A DNA stretch of 63,681 nucleotides, the filler included, from an uncultured virus (IMG/VR IMGVR_UViG_2061766007_001711) (taxonomy: Duplodnaviria; Heunggongvirae; Uroviricota; Caudoviricetes). It is 5 parts of one record of this genome, joined end to end, with 100 filler letters (N's around TTAATTAATTAA, not from the genome) between each part and the next. Parts side by side here need not be neighbours in the genome. Positions count along the whole stretch, not along the records: positions 7,759 to 32,132 come from IMGVR_UViG_2061766007_001711; 4 more parts are not named here. The stretch is one strand, 5' to 3'. The notes beneath the pieces were generated by a model. The model did no database searches. It saw nothing but the letters and a program-made list of their open reading frames with translations, and was not told where the DNA came from. Within the stretch, counting starts at the first letter, position 1; each line of letters opens with the position of its first letter. Shown here one piece after another: positions 9,241 to 20,216 of the stretch. The position numbers and the translations under genes are program-made.

Positions 9241-9756
9241 TTACTTCATGTAGGACTTCAAGATAGATTTACGAAGGGCGTCGTTCGTGATGCCCCTGCT
9301 CCTCAGCTTGCGCTTGCTGGCGAGCGTCCGCAGGTCGGCGGTGGACACTCCGTCGAGTGCGTTGGAGTTGCTCCTCAGTTGCTTGCGGGCGCCGAAGTCG
9401 GCCCCGGTGTACACGCCGTTGGATACGGGCGACTGGGTGAGCGTGAAGATGCACTTGCAGTTGGGGTGGTGTCCCACCGTCCCGTCCTGCATGATGATGT
9501 CGGCGCCGCGGAATACGCGCCCGTTGCACCGGAGGCAATATTGGCACGTGCCGGACTTTGATGCGCCAGGGTTGATGGCCTGCTTGTACGAGCTCTTGTA
9601 GAGCGCCTGCGGGTTCACCTGGGCCGCGGACTCGCCTCCCATGAGGGTCACGGGTCCCATGTTGCGCTCCTGTTGATCCAGGGCGCGGTCGAAGGCCCTC
9701 GCAGTGGGGTTCATTGCGAGGAGCTTGTCTAGTACAAAGTTTCCCGTTCGTGCCAT
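9241..9756 (-). CDS. small MuF-like (minor head) protein
   Basis: CQYC..CNGRVF...HHPNCKC matches the MuF C-terminal CxxC...HPNCRC motif; allele at 54526-55044. Confidence 0.65.
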   Translation of the reverse strand: MARTGNFVLDKLLAMNPTARAFDRALDQQERNMGPVTLMGGESAAQVNPQALYKSSYKQAINPGASKSGTCQYCLRCNGRVFRGADIIMQDGTVGHHPNCKCIFTLTQSPVSNGVYTGADFGARKQLRSNSNALDGVSTADLRTLASKRKLRSRGITNDALRKSILKSYMK

Positions 9757-9772
9757 ATACTACCAATATAAA

Positions 9773-11538
9773 TTATTTTTCTTCTTCGGGCCAAACCGTT
9801 CCTGCAATTTCCGGGACCTGCGGCAGGAGGTAGCGTGTGAGCGCCTTCGGTGCGTACCGTGCGGCAGTCTTCGCTCCTTCCATGGAAAGCGGCCTCTCGT
9901 AAGCCACGGGAGCCTCCGCCACGTACTTCAACAGTCCNNNNNNNNNNTAATTTCCGGGACCTGCGGCAGGAGGTAGCGTGTGAGAGCCTTCGGTGCGTAC
10001 CGTGCGGCGGTCTTCGCTCCTTCCCTGGAGAGCGGCCTCTCGTAAGCCACGGGAGCCTCCGCCACGTACTTCAACAGTCCGCGGGCCTCGCTCGGGCGCG
10101 TTCCGATGGTGGAGAGCACCTTCTTCGCCGCCTGCTCGCCCTTGAAGGCGTTCGCCGCCTTCTTGTGCGTCCTGAACCACTTCTCGATTTCCTCCGACTC
10201 TCTGGCGATCCTGTACTCGTCGGGGTTGGATGTCTTTACGCCGGAAACGCCGACGAAGGACTCCCTGCCTTCCACGTCGCGGAGCCCCTGGCTCTGCAGC
10301 TTCCTCAGCAGGTCGCCCGCGTCCTTTTCTGAAAGTCCTCGGCTAACCTCGTCGAACGAGAGCTTCTGCGTGGTCGTGGTCTCGAGGGCCTCCTGGCCCA
10401 TCTTCTTCGCCTCGGCCTGGACTTCCTTCTCGAAGCCCTTGCCGATTTTCTTTGAGGTCTTGAGGGTCTCGGATGCCTTCTCGACGACTTCCTTGTCGCC
10501 TCCGAGGAGATACTTGTCCAGTACCTTCACGGCCTGCTTCCTTTCTCCTTCGGAGAGTCCGGCCCGTGCGACTTCCTTCACTGCATCCTCCGCGTACGGG
10601 TTGACGGCAGGGTTCGCCATGCCGCCCGTGAGGGCCTTCTTCGTGGCTTCCACGACCTGGCGGCGGGAACCTTCTCCCGTTCCCTTCGTGATGTTCTGCA
10701 GGGTCTTCTCGCCGAGCTTCTGCCCGCCGAGATATTGACGGAGCCCGCCCTTGAGAATGCGGCCTCCCGGACCCATGGCGCGGCTCAGTCCGCCGCCTCC
10801 GATAATGTAGGCGCCGATGTCCGCGCCGAGGTTGGCGGGGAGGTCCTTCACGGAGACGTCCTCGTCCGTAGCCACGTCCAGGACGTTGCGGACGGCCATG
10901 GCCGGAAGTGCAACGACCGGCGGGGCGGCCTCGCCTACGCGGAGGACGTCGGACACCACGTCCGAAGTAGTGACGGGTTCGCCCGCGTAATACTTGCCGG
11001 ACGTCCTCGGGGTGGTAACTTCCTCCTTGAGTCCTTCCTTGAGCCCCCTCGCTTCCTTTTCGGCCTGGAGTTCCTGCTTCTGCGCCGCTATCGACTGCGC
11101 TTCCGCGGCCCTCATGCGGTCTTCATTGTTGTCGAAATCGAGCCCGGCCTTGCGGAAGTTCTCGCGGGTGACGGCGAGCCATTCGCGGTTGCTCATGCCT
11201 TCCTTCGGCGGGAAAAGGTTATCGGGTACGCCGTACTGAATCTCGGCCTTTTCGCTGAAGATGTCTGCGAAAGATTCCGGGAAAGCCTCCATGATTTCCT
11301 CGTCGGTCATTCCCTCGGTGAGCGGATCGTCGGAGCGCACCGACTCGAGGAGGTCTCCACGCTTGGCGAGCTTCTGCTCCGCCTCGATGGCTTCAATGGC
11401 TCGGCGGTTCATCTTATCGCCCATGAACTTCTTCAAGTCCTTGGCATTCTTGATACCCTTAAAAGCGTCGTAAACGCCCGGGAGGTTGTTCCTCTCGGCA
11501 AATTCTCTCATCATTTCGTCGTTAATCTTGATAGCCAT
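9773..11538 (-). CDS. large ejection (DNA transfer)-type protein
   Basis: Long helical Ala/Glu/Lys-rich ORF between tail hub and fibre genes; 3' end duplicated across the 10-N join; divergent 5' allele at 12055-12393. Confidence 0.6.
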
Positions 11539-12399
11539 GGGAGCCTCACTTCTTGCCGAGCAATTCGCCCAGCTTGGGGTAGGAGTTGTATTCCTTGTCG
11601 TTCTTTGCAAACTCCATGATGCGGTTAAACGCGCCGACCTTCACCTTGTCGTTACGGGAAGTGGACTTTTTGAAGTTCCCGAGAACCTTGGACACGTCTC
11701 CGGCACTCTTGATTCCAAGCGTGGCCATGTCAGCCTTGATGCCTGCAAGTTGTTCCTTGCGTTGGCGATCGGCTTCGGCCTTGTCGTTGATGACGTTCTG
11801 TGCCGTCTGCTTAATAGAGCGCTTTTCCTTATTCGTGGTGTCGCGCTCATTGAATTTCGTCAAAAGGTCGCGGGTTTTCTTGTTGCCCTTGAGAGCGTCT
11901 TCTTCTTCGGTCGTCAACGTGACGTCCACGACTTCGTAAACGGTCTTATCTTCGGAATCGCCTTCGCTTGCAGATTTCGGCGCGTCCTCGGTCTTGGCGT
12001 ATTCTTCCCACTTGACGCCGTAGTTCTTGAAGAACTGGTGCTTGNNNNNNNNNNTCCTTCGCGGGACGGGAAGAGGTTGTCGGGGATGCCGAACTGCACC
12101 TCGGCCTTTTCGCTCTCGATGTCGGAGAAGGTCTCGGGGTCCAGTTCGACAAGTTCCTCGTCGGTGGCGCCTTCATAGAGGGAATCCTCGCGCAGCTTGT
12201 TAAGCGCGTCGATTTTCTTGTTGCGCTTCTGTTCTATCTCGATGGCTTCCACCGTGCGCTTGTTCAGCGTGTCGCGCATGAACTTCTTCAAGTCCTTGGA
12301 GTTCTTGATGCCCTTGTATGCCTCGTAGACTTCCGGGAGGCCGTTCCGCTCGGTATATTCCTTTATTACTTCGTCTGTAATCTTGATAGCCATAAATCC

Positions 12400-13413
12400 T
12401 CACTTGAACAAGGTGTCGAGGGATTTCCAGTTCTTGAAATCCTTGTCCGCGCCTACGAACTTTTTAATCCGTGCGACTGCGGCGCGCTTGACCGGGTCGT
12501 TACTGTCTGCCGAGCGGTCGAATCCGTTAACGATTTTTGCGGCGTCCATGCCGGACTTCGCGCCGATCGTGGAGAGGTCGGCCTTGATGCCCTTGAGCTG
12601 TTCTTCCCTGCGGCGCTTGGATTCCGCATCCTCGCGGAGCTTCTGCTGCGCCTTAGCCTGCATCGCTCGCTTTTCCTTGTTGGTCGTGTCTCGCTCCGCG
12701 AACTTGGCAAGTTCGGGTTCGGTGAGAGTCGCCTTTTCTTCCTCGGTGAGGACCACATCGACTGCAGCGGAAGGTTCTTCCCCGTCCGCGGCCTTGGGCG
12801 CCTTGCCTTCTGTCTGTTCATCGACCGTGGCGTATTCTTCCCACTTGACGCCGTAGTTCTTGAAGAACTGGTGCTTGAGCGTGTCCAGCTTGTTCTTCTT
12901 CGCGAGCACGTTCTTGTCGGTGCTCGCCGCCTTCTCGTCGGTCGCCATCTTGGCTTCCTCGAAGGCGCGGGTGTATTCCGCGTCGGCGTCGAAGATTGCC
13001 TGCGCGTCGTTAGACTTGTTCTGCTCGCGCATGGCCTCGGCCTGCTCTTCAAGGGCCTTCTGCTGCCCTGCGCTAACAGAGCGGGCGCTGCGCTGTGCGC
13101 GTGCCTGGAGCCACGCATCGATGTCGGAATCCTTGATGCCCTTCGCCTTCGCCATCGCGACGACCTTGTCCTCGTCCATGTCGGAGAGGGAATTCGCCTT
13201 GATTTTGTCGCGTCGGGCGCGGAGCTCGTCGTTCTGCGCCTTTAGGTTCGCTATCTTGGTCTGCAGTTCCTCACGGCGGCCCCTAATCTGCGCCGCCTGC
13301 TGTGCGTCCCGCATCTGGGTGTCTACTGCTGCAAGGGTATTGATGGCCGGGGCCTTCTCCGTAAAGGGGATGCCAGTCTGCGGTTTGCTTGCTATGTAGT
13401 CGGAAAGAGCCAT
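12400..13413 (-). CDS. ejection-type coiled-coil protein
   Basis: Position and composition; alternative C-terminal allele at 11546-12044. Confidence 0.6.
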   Translation of the reverse strand: MALSDYIASKPQTGIPFTEKAPAINTLAAVDTQMRDAQQAAQIRGRREELQTKIANLKAQNDELRARRDKIKANSLSDMDEDKVVAMAKAKGIKDSDIDAWLQARAQRSARSVSAGQQKALEEQAEAMREQNKSNDAQAIFDADAEYTRAFEEAKMATDEKAASTDKNVLAKKNKLDTLKHQFFKNYGVKWEEYATVDEQTEGKAPKAADGEEPSAAVDVVLTEEEKATLTEPELAKFAERDTTNKEKRAMQAKAQQKLREDAESKRRREEQLKGIKADLSTIGAKSGMDAAKIVNGFDRSADSNDPVKRAAVARIKKFVGADKDFKNWKSLDTLFK

Positions 13414-13416
13414 TCG

Positions 13417-13683
13417 TCAACCCCCAAGAGCTTCGAGTTCTGCTTTGAGCTTTTCAATCTGTTCTTCGTTCTCCTTGATCTGCTCGTCGATGGCGGAGAG
13501 TTCCTCGGAATCGTCGAACTGCGCGAAGAAGTCCCTCGTCCTCTGCGCGTCGTATGCGTTCTTGACGGTCCCTGCTATGGCGCCGAGACCAGCTCCCGCG
13601 CGGGCGAGGTTGTCCGCCTGCTGCCGGATGCCCGTCTGCAGGTCGAACTTGTATGCGGAAAGTGGCGTAAAATTGAGAGCCAT
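13417..13683 (-). CDS. small virion protein (Gly/Ala hydrophobic patch plus coiled coil)
   Basis: GGGGTG RBS; AGAGLGAIAG segment; lies in the ejection cluster. Confidence 0.6.
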   Translation of the reverse strand: MALNFTPLSAYKFDLQTGIRQQADNLARAGAGLGAIAGTVKNAYDAQRTRDFFAQFDDSEELSAIDEQIKENEEQIEKLKAELEALGG

Positions 13684-13694
13684 TTTTCACCCCC

Positions 13695-14927
13695 TTACGA
13701 CTTGAATCCGGAATAAATCTGCGCCGCGCTACCGCCGAGCCCGAGGAGCTGCTGGAGCCACGTGGGCTGGCTCGCCGCGTCGATGCCGAGCTGCGCCATG
13801 GCCTGCGCGAGCGAGAGATTCGTCCCAGTCTGCGCCATGAGGAGGTTCACGAGGTCCTCGTTCGTCCCCTGCAGGTTGCCGACGTAGGAGCCCGCGAGGT
13901 TGCCGAGCTGCTCGGTCTTGAACTTGGTGGTGTCCATGCGCTGCTGCGCCTCGGTCTGTTCCGCTGACGTGATGTCGCGGGCCTTCTGGTATTCCTGCTC
14001 CGTGGCCTTCATCATGCGGTCGAAGGCGTCACCGTAAAGTTCGCCCGCCTTGGCGGACGCTTCCGCCTGGAGCGCACGTGCGGCACTTCCGCCGGTAAGT
14101 CCGCCCTGTCCCGCCATGGCCTGCTGCGCCGCCTTGACACTCTCGTCGATGACGTACTCGGCGTTGGGGTCGAGGTACTTGGAGACGTCTCGGTCGAAGC
14201 CGAACCCGGTCAGCGCATCGTGGCCGGAGGTGTAGTCGGTAGGGCGCATCTCGTAGAGCGTACGCTTGTACTTCTCCATGGTCTCGGGGCCGATGATGTC
14301 TGCAATCTCCGCACGGTTGGCCCCTATCATTTTGGCGGCCTTACCGTACGCGGCGTTGGCCGCGGCCTGCTGTTTCGAGAGCGTCTTCTGCGCTTCGGAG
14401 TAGGCTTTCTCGGTCTCTCCCTTGTTGGTGAGCCCAATCGTGTCGGTAGCTCCCTCCANNNNNNNNNNGCGGTCGAAGCCGAACCCGGTCAGCGCCTCGT
14501 GGCCGGAGGTGTAGTCGGTCGGGCGCATCTCGTAGAGCGTACGCTTGTACTTCTCCATGGTCTCGGGGCCGATGATGTCGGCAATCTCCGCACGGTTGGC
14601 CCCGATCATATCTGCGGCCTGCCCGTACGCGGCGTTGGCCGCGGCCTGCTGTTCCGAGAGCGTCTTCTGCGCTTCGGAGTAGGCTTCCTCGGTCTCTCCC
14701 TTGTTGGTGAGCCCAATCGTGTCGGTAGCTCCCTCCAACTTTCCGCGGGCCCAACTTCCGAGCTCGGAACCGAGGCTAGAGCCACTATCCCCGGTAAAAA
14801 ATCCTTTAGCGACTCCAATCGGAGTATAGTCAATCAGATCTCCGACGAAATCTCCGAAGCCTCCCAAAAACCGTTGCTGGTTGGTAGGGTCAACAGATAC
14901 CCTGTACTTATCGAGTGCGCCTGCCAT
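13695..14927 (-). CDS. DNA transfer/ejection protein (P22 gp7-like position)
   Basis: YLDPNAEY...AMAGQGGLTGGSAARALQ motif, Gly/Ala/Gln-rich; internal repeat is an allele duplication at 14459-14468. Confidence 0.7.
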   Translation of the reverse strand: MAGALDKYRVSVDPTNQQRFLGGFGDFVGDLIDYTPIGVAKGFFTGDSGSSLGSELGSWARGKLEGATDTIGLTNKGETEEAYSEAQKTLSEQQAAANAAYGQAADMIGANRAEIADIIGPETMEKYKRTLYEMRPTDYTSGHEALTGFGFDRXXXXEGATDTIGLTNKGETEKAYSEAQKTLSKQQAAANAAYGKAAKMIGANRAEIADIIGPETMEKYKRTLYEMRPTDYTSGHDALTGFGFDRDVSKYLDPNAEYVIDESVKAAQQAMAGQGGLTGGSAARALQAEASAKAGELYGDAFDRMMKATEQEYQKARDITSAEQTEAQQRMDTTKFKTEQLGNLAGSYVGNLQGTNEDLVNLLMAQTGTNLSLAQAMAQLGIDAASQPTWLQQLLGLGGSAAQIYSGFKS

Positions 14928-15256
14928 TATAGGTTCTCCTTTATCAAAAGTGTCGCCTCCATGTATGCGACGGAGGTCTCGTTAATTTCCAATTCAGTGC
15001 GCCCAGCGGCTATCACGAACACCTTGTCCGGGATGGCCTCTAGGAGTTCCTGCGGGTCCTTCTCGTATACCTTCACGGCGAAGGCGAAGCGGGAGTCCGG
15101 GAACTTCAACGACGGGACGTTCGATAGGTCCACGAAGCCGTCGGTGAAGAGGTGCACCATCTGCCCGTTCTTGACAGAAACGAAGGGCGAGAAGGTCATG
15201 GTGTCCACCACTCCGTTCCCGAGGTCCGCGTGCTGTAATACTTGCCTGTCCGCCAT
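14927..15256 (-). CDS. hypothetical virion protein
   Basis: Coupled between the tail hub and ejection genes. Confidence 0.65.
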   Translation of the reverse strand: MADRQVLQHADLGNGVVDTMTFSPFVSVKNGQMVHLFTDGFVDLSNVPSLKFPDSRFAFAVKVYEKDPQELLEAIPDKVFVIAAGRTELEINETSVAYMEATLLIKENL

Positions 15257-15258
15257 GA

Positions 15259-17340
15259 TTAAATCCTGTTACCGCATTGTAGATAGCTCAAGTACGCCGT
15301 GGCGATTTCGAACTGCACGGGGTCCGCCATCCTCACCTTGAAGGCGAAGCGGGCGCCCCTTCCGAGGCAATTCCACCGCACGCGGTATTGGTACTGTCCG
15401 ACCTTGCCGGCGTATGCCCACAACTCGTTGGACCACGTGCGGCCTCCGTCAATACTCACCTGCAGCATGACCTTGGGATTGTACGCCGCCCCGTTCGGGT
15501 TCGCGTCCATGGTGGCCCCCGCGTTCATCACGAGCTCGAGGGAGGTCGCCACGATGTCGTTCACCCCGTCGTACTTGATGCCCGTCACGCGTTCCTTGCG
15601 GAGGTAGTACGGGGAGGTGGAGAGGTTGTCTTCGTCCATGTAGCGGTCGGTCCCGGAGGATGGCCAGAACTCGCAGAGGCGGACCTTCCCGCCCTTGGTG
15701 TAGGTGGCGAAGAAGGGACGGCCCTCGAACTGGATTGCGTCGAAGACGTTCCAGGCGAGACGATCGCCGCGCTCGTCGAATGTGGCGCGGTCCGCCCACG
15801 TATCCTCGGTCAGNNNNNNNNNNCGCTCACCTGCAGCATGACCTTGGGATTGTACGCAGCCCCGTTCGGGTTCGTTTCCGTGGTTGCCCCCGCGTTCATC
15901 ACGAGCTCGAGGGATGTCGCCACTATGTCGTTCACACCGTCGTACTTGATGCCCGTCACTCGCTCCTTGCGTAGGTAGTACGGTGCGGTGGAGAGGTTGT
16001 CCTCGTCCATGTAGCGGTCGGTCCCGGAGGAGGGCCAGAACTCACAGAGGCGGACCTTCCCGCCCTTGGTGTAGGTGGCGAAGAAGGGTCGGCCCTCGAA
16101 CTGGATGGCGTCGAAGACGTTCCAGGCGAGACGGTCGCCGCGCTCGTCGAATGTGGCGCGGTCCGCCCACGTATCCTCGGTCAGGTCGTAGGCGAAAGTT
16201 TCCTCAAACTCACCGTAATATTCAAAAATGGAAACGACGAAGAACGAGTGACCCTTGTACGAATAGGTTATCGTCCGGATGTCCTTAATTCCAGCGGTTC
16301 CCATATAGCGAGCGAGGCGCTGGTCAACGGAGCGGTTGGAAATCTTGCGGACGTTGCCGGACTCGTCGACGGCATAGACGCCGAGCATACCGCCCGGACC
16401 CTTGCCGACAAAATAACACTCGTTGCCGATAACCTTGACCGCGTTCGCGAAATCCACGCCGGCGAGCGAAGTCTTCGCCACGATTGCGAACGGGGCGGTG
16501 GTGGAGTTCTGCCAACGCAGGATTTCCAAAGAGTTGTGACCGAAGACGAAAAGGGAGGAGTCCGTNNNNNNNNNNACCTATCACCTTGACCGCATTCGCG
16601 AAATCCACTCCGGCGAGAGAAGTCTTCGCCACGATTGCGAACGGGGCGGTGGTGGAGTTCTGCCAGCGCAGGATTTCCAAAGAGTTGTGACCGAAGACGA
16701 AAAGGGAGGAGTCCGTGGCGCGTAGGGCCACGACGGAGTCGGCCTTGAAGTCCATCTTCATCGAGTTCAGGGACGATGTGTAGGTCTGCCTCGTCTCCAG
16801 CGTCGCGGGGTCGTACGTTCCTACAGCCGGGGCGTAGAAGACGTTGTCGTCCCACGTGACCTGGGTCCCGTCGGCCTTGGTGTACTTGTACTGCGTGAGG
16901 TTCTGCTCGAAGGCGTGCGTGTCGTTGGCGTCCGTCGGCCTGTTGAGCTCGCTCCAATAGATGTAGTCCCGGTCCTTGTCGTTCAGCACGATGCGGAAGT
17001 TGAGCTGCGCTATCTGCGAAGGCCATATGGTTCCGGCGTGGTCGAAGGCGTTGGGGAGGGTCAAGGACGGGCTGTACTGCGGAGGGGTCGCTTCCACGTA
17101 TGCCTGGGAAGGGTCGACAACGACCAGTTTGTAACCGCAGAGGACGATGGCGAGGCCGTTGGGCATCTCCTCTATGATGGAGTGGGTGCCGACACCTGGC
17201 GCGGTGAACATCCCGACCTTGGTCTTCGTTCCGCCGTACGTGTTGTAGATGTTGTAGTCGTCACCCTGCGCGACGACGAGGACGGACTCATTGATACTGT
17301 CATTGCCGAACGGGTTGGAGTTTACGACACCGAAACCCGA
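15259..17340 (-). CDS. packaged-DNA stabilisation / tail hub protein (P22 gp10-like), main part
   Basis: beta-propeller-like LFVFGHNSLEIL, YSYKGHSFFVV, TFAYDLTEDTW and C-terminal PKVMLQVSIDGGRTWSNELW...GQYQYRVRWNCLG; split by allele joins; N-terminus at 21421-21672. Confidence 0.85.
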
Positions 17341-17963
17341 NNNNNNNNNNNNNNNNNNNNNNNNNNNNNNNNNNNNNNNNNNNNNNNNNNNNNNNNNNNN
17401 NNNNNNNNNNNNNNNNNNNNNNNNNNNNNNNNNNNNNNNNNNNNNNNNNNNNNNNNNNNNNNNNNNNNNNNNNNNNNNNNNNNNNNNNNNNNNNNNNNNN
17501 NNNNNNNNNNNNNNNNNNNNNNNNNNNNNNNNNNNNNNNNNNNNNNNNNNNNNNNNGGAAAAAACCTTTAAAAAGAAAGCTAGAGCCCGTCCTTCTTCGA
17601 GGTGGTGAAGATGTCGGGGCTCTAGCTTGTTTTCTTACANNNNNNNNNNNNNNNNNNNNNNNNNNNNNNNNNNNNNNNNNNNNNNNNNNNNNNNNNNNNN
17701 NNNNNNNNNNNNNNNNNNNNNNNNNNNNNNNNNNNNNNNNNNNNNNNNNNNNNNNNNNNNNNNNNNNNNNNNNNNNNNNNNNNNNNNNNNNNNNNNNNNN
17801 NNNNNNNNNNNNNNNNNNNNNNNNNNNNNGCCGGAGTCGTCGAGCTTGACGCTGTCGAGTTCCACGTTGCCCTTTTGGAANNNNNNNNNNACTTAAGGAG
17901 AAATGAAAGATTTTCTCCCGTCCCGGAGGCTAGGGACCGGGCGGGAGAACATGGGGACACGAA

Positions 17964-19178
17964 CTAGTTCAACTGGATGTAGCCGAGGGACACGCGGCGG
18001 CTGTCGACTGCGCCCGAGAGGAACGCGACGTCGAAGCGGTACGTGCCGTTGCGGTTCACGTCGCCGTGGACAACTGCGGACATTTCCAGCTTGCCGCTCG
18101 GGCTCTTGGCGGAAACTTCTTCCAGACCGGAGTCGTCGAGCTTGACGCTGTCGAGTTCCACGTTGCCCTTCTGGAACGCCCAGATGAGTGCGTACTTCTT
18201 GTTGGCGGTGTGCTTCCAGGTCACGGCGGCGGTCGCTGCCGGGAGTGCGGACACGTTCTTGTGGGCGCCCGTGGCGTTGATTTCGCCGACCTTGAGCGAG
18301 ATGGTTCCGCTTCCGCCCGTGGCGTCAGCCTGGACCACGAACACCTTGTCGTCGGCCATTTCGTGACCGAGCACGTCGCACTTCAAGACTCCGGCCACCG
18401 TGAAGATGGAACCGGCCTTGATGACGGTCGCGGTCGTGATGTTGGCGGAAGCCAGCACGATGGTGTCGGAGCCTTCGGTCGGCTTTGCGCTCACGGTCGT
18501 GGAGGCCGGGGCGGCACCGAGGGAGAGGACCGGCATCGGGGTGTTCTTCCACATGACGTTGGCGTATTCGCCGATTTTAGCCTTGCGGTAGAGTTCACCG
18601 GCAATGGCCTCCTGGTTGAACATGCTGAGGCCCTTCTTGGCGATCTTGGACTTCATGCGGCCACTCATGTAGCCGACGAGTTCACCGCCGCAGCGGGCGT
18701 CCTGGAGGGCTCCGGCCATGTCGGAAAGCAGGCCGTAACCGTCAAAGCTTGCGCTCGTGCCGTCCTCGACGAACACGGAGTCGGAGTAAAGGCCGGACTC
18801 GGAGATGATGGCTTCCTGTACGGAGGCGCCGAGTTCCGGAGAGCGGGGCTGGGAGACTTCGGTCTCGAAGGAGTCGAGGTCGACGACCTTCTCGAGGGAG
18901 TTGATGCCGGCGGCGTTGGTCGCGACGCAGACGGTGAATTCGCGTTCGAATTCCTTAACGTCGGTATTGGTGATGTCGCCGCCTTCGCCGATAGTCGGGA
19001 TGCCGCCCTTCTTGACGAAGGTGTGGCCCGGGTCGGGGATGGCGACCTTGATCTTGCCGCCCTTGCGGCCACGGAGGCCGGTCTGGGTCGAGCGGGTGTC
19101 TTCGATAATCGGGCAGGATTCTTCGATTTCAGCGGTGAAGATTTCAAGGCCCGGTACGGTAATAATGGAGTTAGCCAT
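17964..19178 (-). CDS. major capsid protein (P22 coat family)
   Basis: 404 aa; GSIFTVAGV...VFVVQADATGGSGTISL...KNVSALPAATAAVT resembles the P22 I-domain; follows the scaffold gene. Confidence 0.9.
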   Translation of the reverse strand: MANSIITVPGLEIFTAEIEESCPIIEDTRSTQTGLRGRKGGKIKVAIPDPGHTFVKKGGIPTIGEGGDITNTDVKEFEREFTVCVATNAAGINSLEKVVDLDSFETEVSQPRSPELGASVQEAIISESGLYSDSVFVEDGTSASFDGYGLLSDMAGALQDARCGGELVGYMSGRMKSKIAKKGLSMFNQEAIAGELYRKAKIGEYANVMWKNTPMPVLSLGAAPASTTVSAKPTEGSDTIVLASANITTATVIKAGSIFTVAGVLKCDVLGHEMADDKVFVVQADATGGSGTISLKVGEINATGAHKNVSALPAATAAVTWKHTANKKYALIWAFQKGNVELDSVKLDDSGLEEVSAKSPSGKLEMSAVVHGDVNRNGTYRFDVAFLSGAVDSRRVSLGYIQLN

Positions 19179-19194
19179 GATGAATTCCTCTTGT

Positions 19195-20151
19195 TTAGCG
19201 GATTGGATAGCGTTCCGGTCTGTTCTTCTTCAACCATTCCCTGGCGTTGAACTTCCCGGCCGCCTGTGTTTTGCCCACCGCCCCGGTAGAGGGGATACCG
19301 CTAGTCGTCGGCTTGGCGGGCGTCTGTTTTCCTGCCTCGGTCTGCGTAGCGGGCGGCGTTGCCGTCTGCGTCTGCTTTTCCTTGGCCTTCTGCAAGAGTG
19401 CGTTCTCGAAATTCTGCAATTTCATGAAGAGCAGTTCCTTGGACCAGGACTTCATCTGTTCCTGCACCTTGGCGTCCTTGCCTATGGCCATTGCCATGAG
19501 GAGGCCGACGGGTGACTGGTCGATGATTTCCTGGTAGAGCTGGCCTTCTTCCGTCTCGAGCCATTCGGAGTTGTCCTCGAGAAATTCCGAAAGGACCTCG
19601 TTGAACTCCTGCCTCTGCTCGGGAGTGCGGAAGGTCTGCTCGACCTTCTTCTGCGCCTCGGCGTTCTTGGCCGCTGCCGCGTCCCTGTCCGCCTGGGTCT
19701 TCTGCTGTTCCTCAAGGATTTCCTTCTTGAGTTCCTCCTTTCGGTATTCTTCGAACGCTTCGGACGTCGGGAAATCTTCTCGCTTGAGCTTCGGCGCCTT
19801 CCCTTCCAGTTTAGCCTTGAGGTCGGCTATCTGTGCTTGGAGGGCCTCCACTGTCCTGCGGTGGCTGCGCTCTTGCCTGTGCAGCCTCTTTTCGAAATTT
19901 GCCTGCGTCTTTTCCCACCGCCTGTCGTCCTTGCCGCTATTGTCCGGCTGCGCTCCGTTCGAATCGGAGGAGTTGGGAGTCGTGTCGGTGTGTTCATCGC
20001 CGCTTCCGTCCGTATCGCCGCCCGTCGGCTGCGTTTCCGTCTCGGTCGTGGTCGTCTCCGCGTTAGTTTGTTCGGGATTAGCGGGTTTATCCTTGGCCGC
20101 GGCCTCTTCGGCGCGGTACTTGTTCAAAAGTTCCTGGCTGGGTAATGCCAT
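19195..20151 (-). CDS. scaffolding protein
   Basis: Acidic low-complexity N-terminus, coiled coils, PKLKREDF, basic C-terminal tip; between portal and coat. Confidence 0.8.
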   Translation of the reverse strand: MALPSQELLNKYRAEEAAAKDKPANPEQTNAETTTTETETQPTGGDTDGSGDEHTDTTPNSSDSNGAQPDNSGKDDRRWEKTQANFEKRLHRQERSHRRTVEALQAQIADLKAKLEGKAPKLKREDFPTSEAFEEYRKEELKKEILEEQQKTQADRDAAAAKNAEAQKKVEQTFRTPEQRQEFNEVLSEFLEDNSEWLETEEGQLYQEIIDQSPVGLLMAMAIGKDAKVQEQMKSWSKELLFMKLQNFENALLQKAKEKQTQTATPPATQTEAGKQTPAKPTTSGIPSTGAVGKTQAAGKFNAREWLKKNRPERYPIR

Positions 20152-20173
20152 GTCTCACCTCTTTTTTTTGAAT

Positions 20174-20213
20174 AAAATAATTTAAAAATTTCAAAAATGC
20201 AAACGGGAAAAGG
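20174..20213 (-). promoter_or_regulatory. sigma70-like promoter upstream of scaffold/capsid
   Basis: Minus strand TTGCAT-17 nt-TATTTT preceded by CCTTTTCCCGT. Confidence 0.55.
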
Positions 20214-20216
20214 CGG

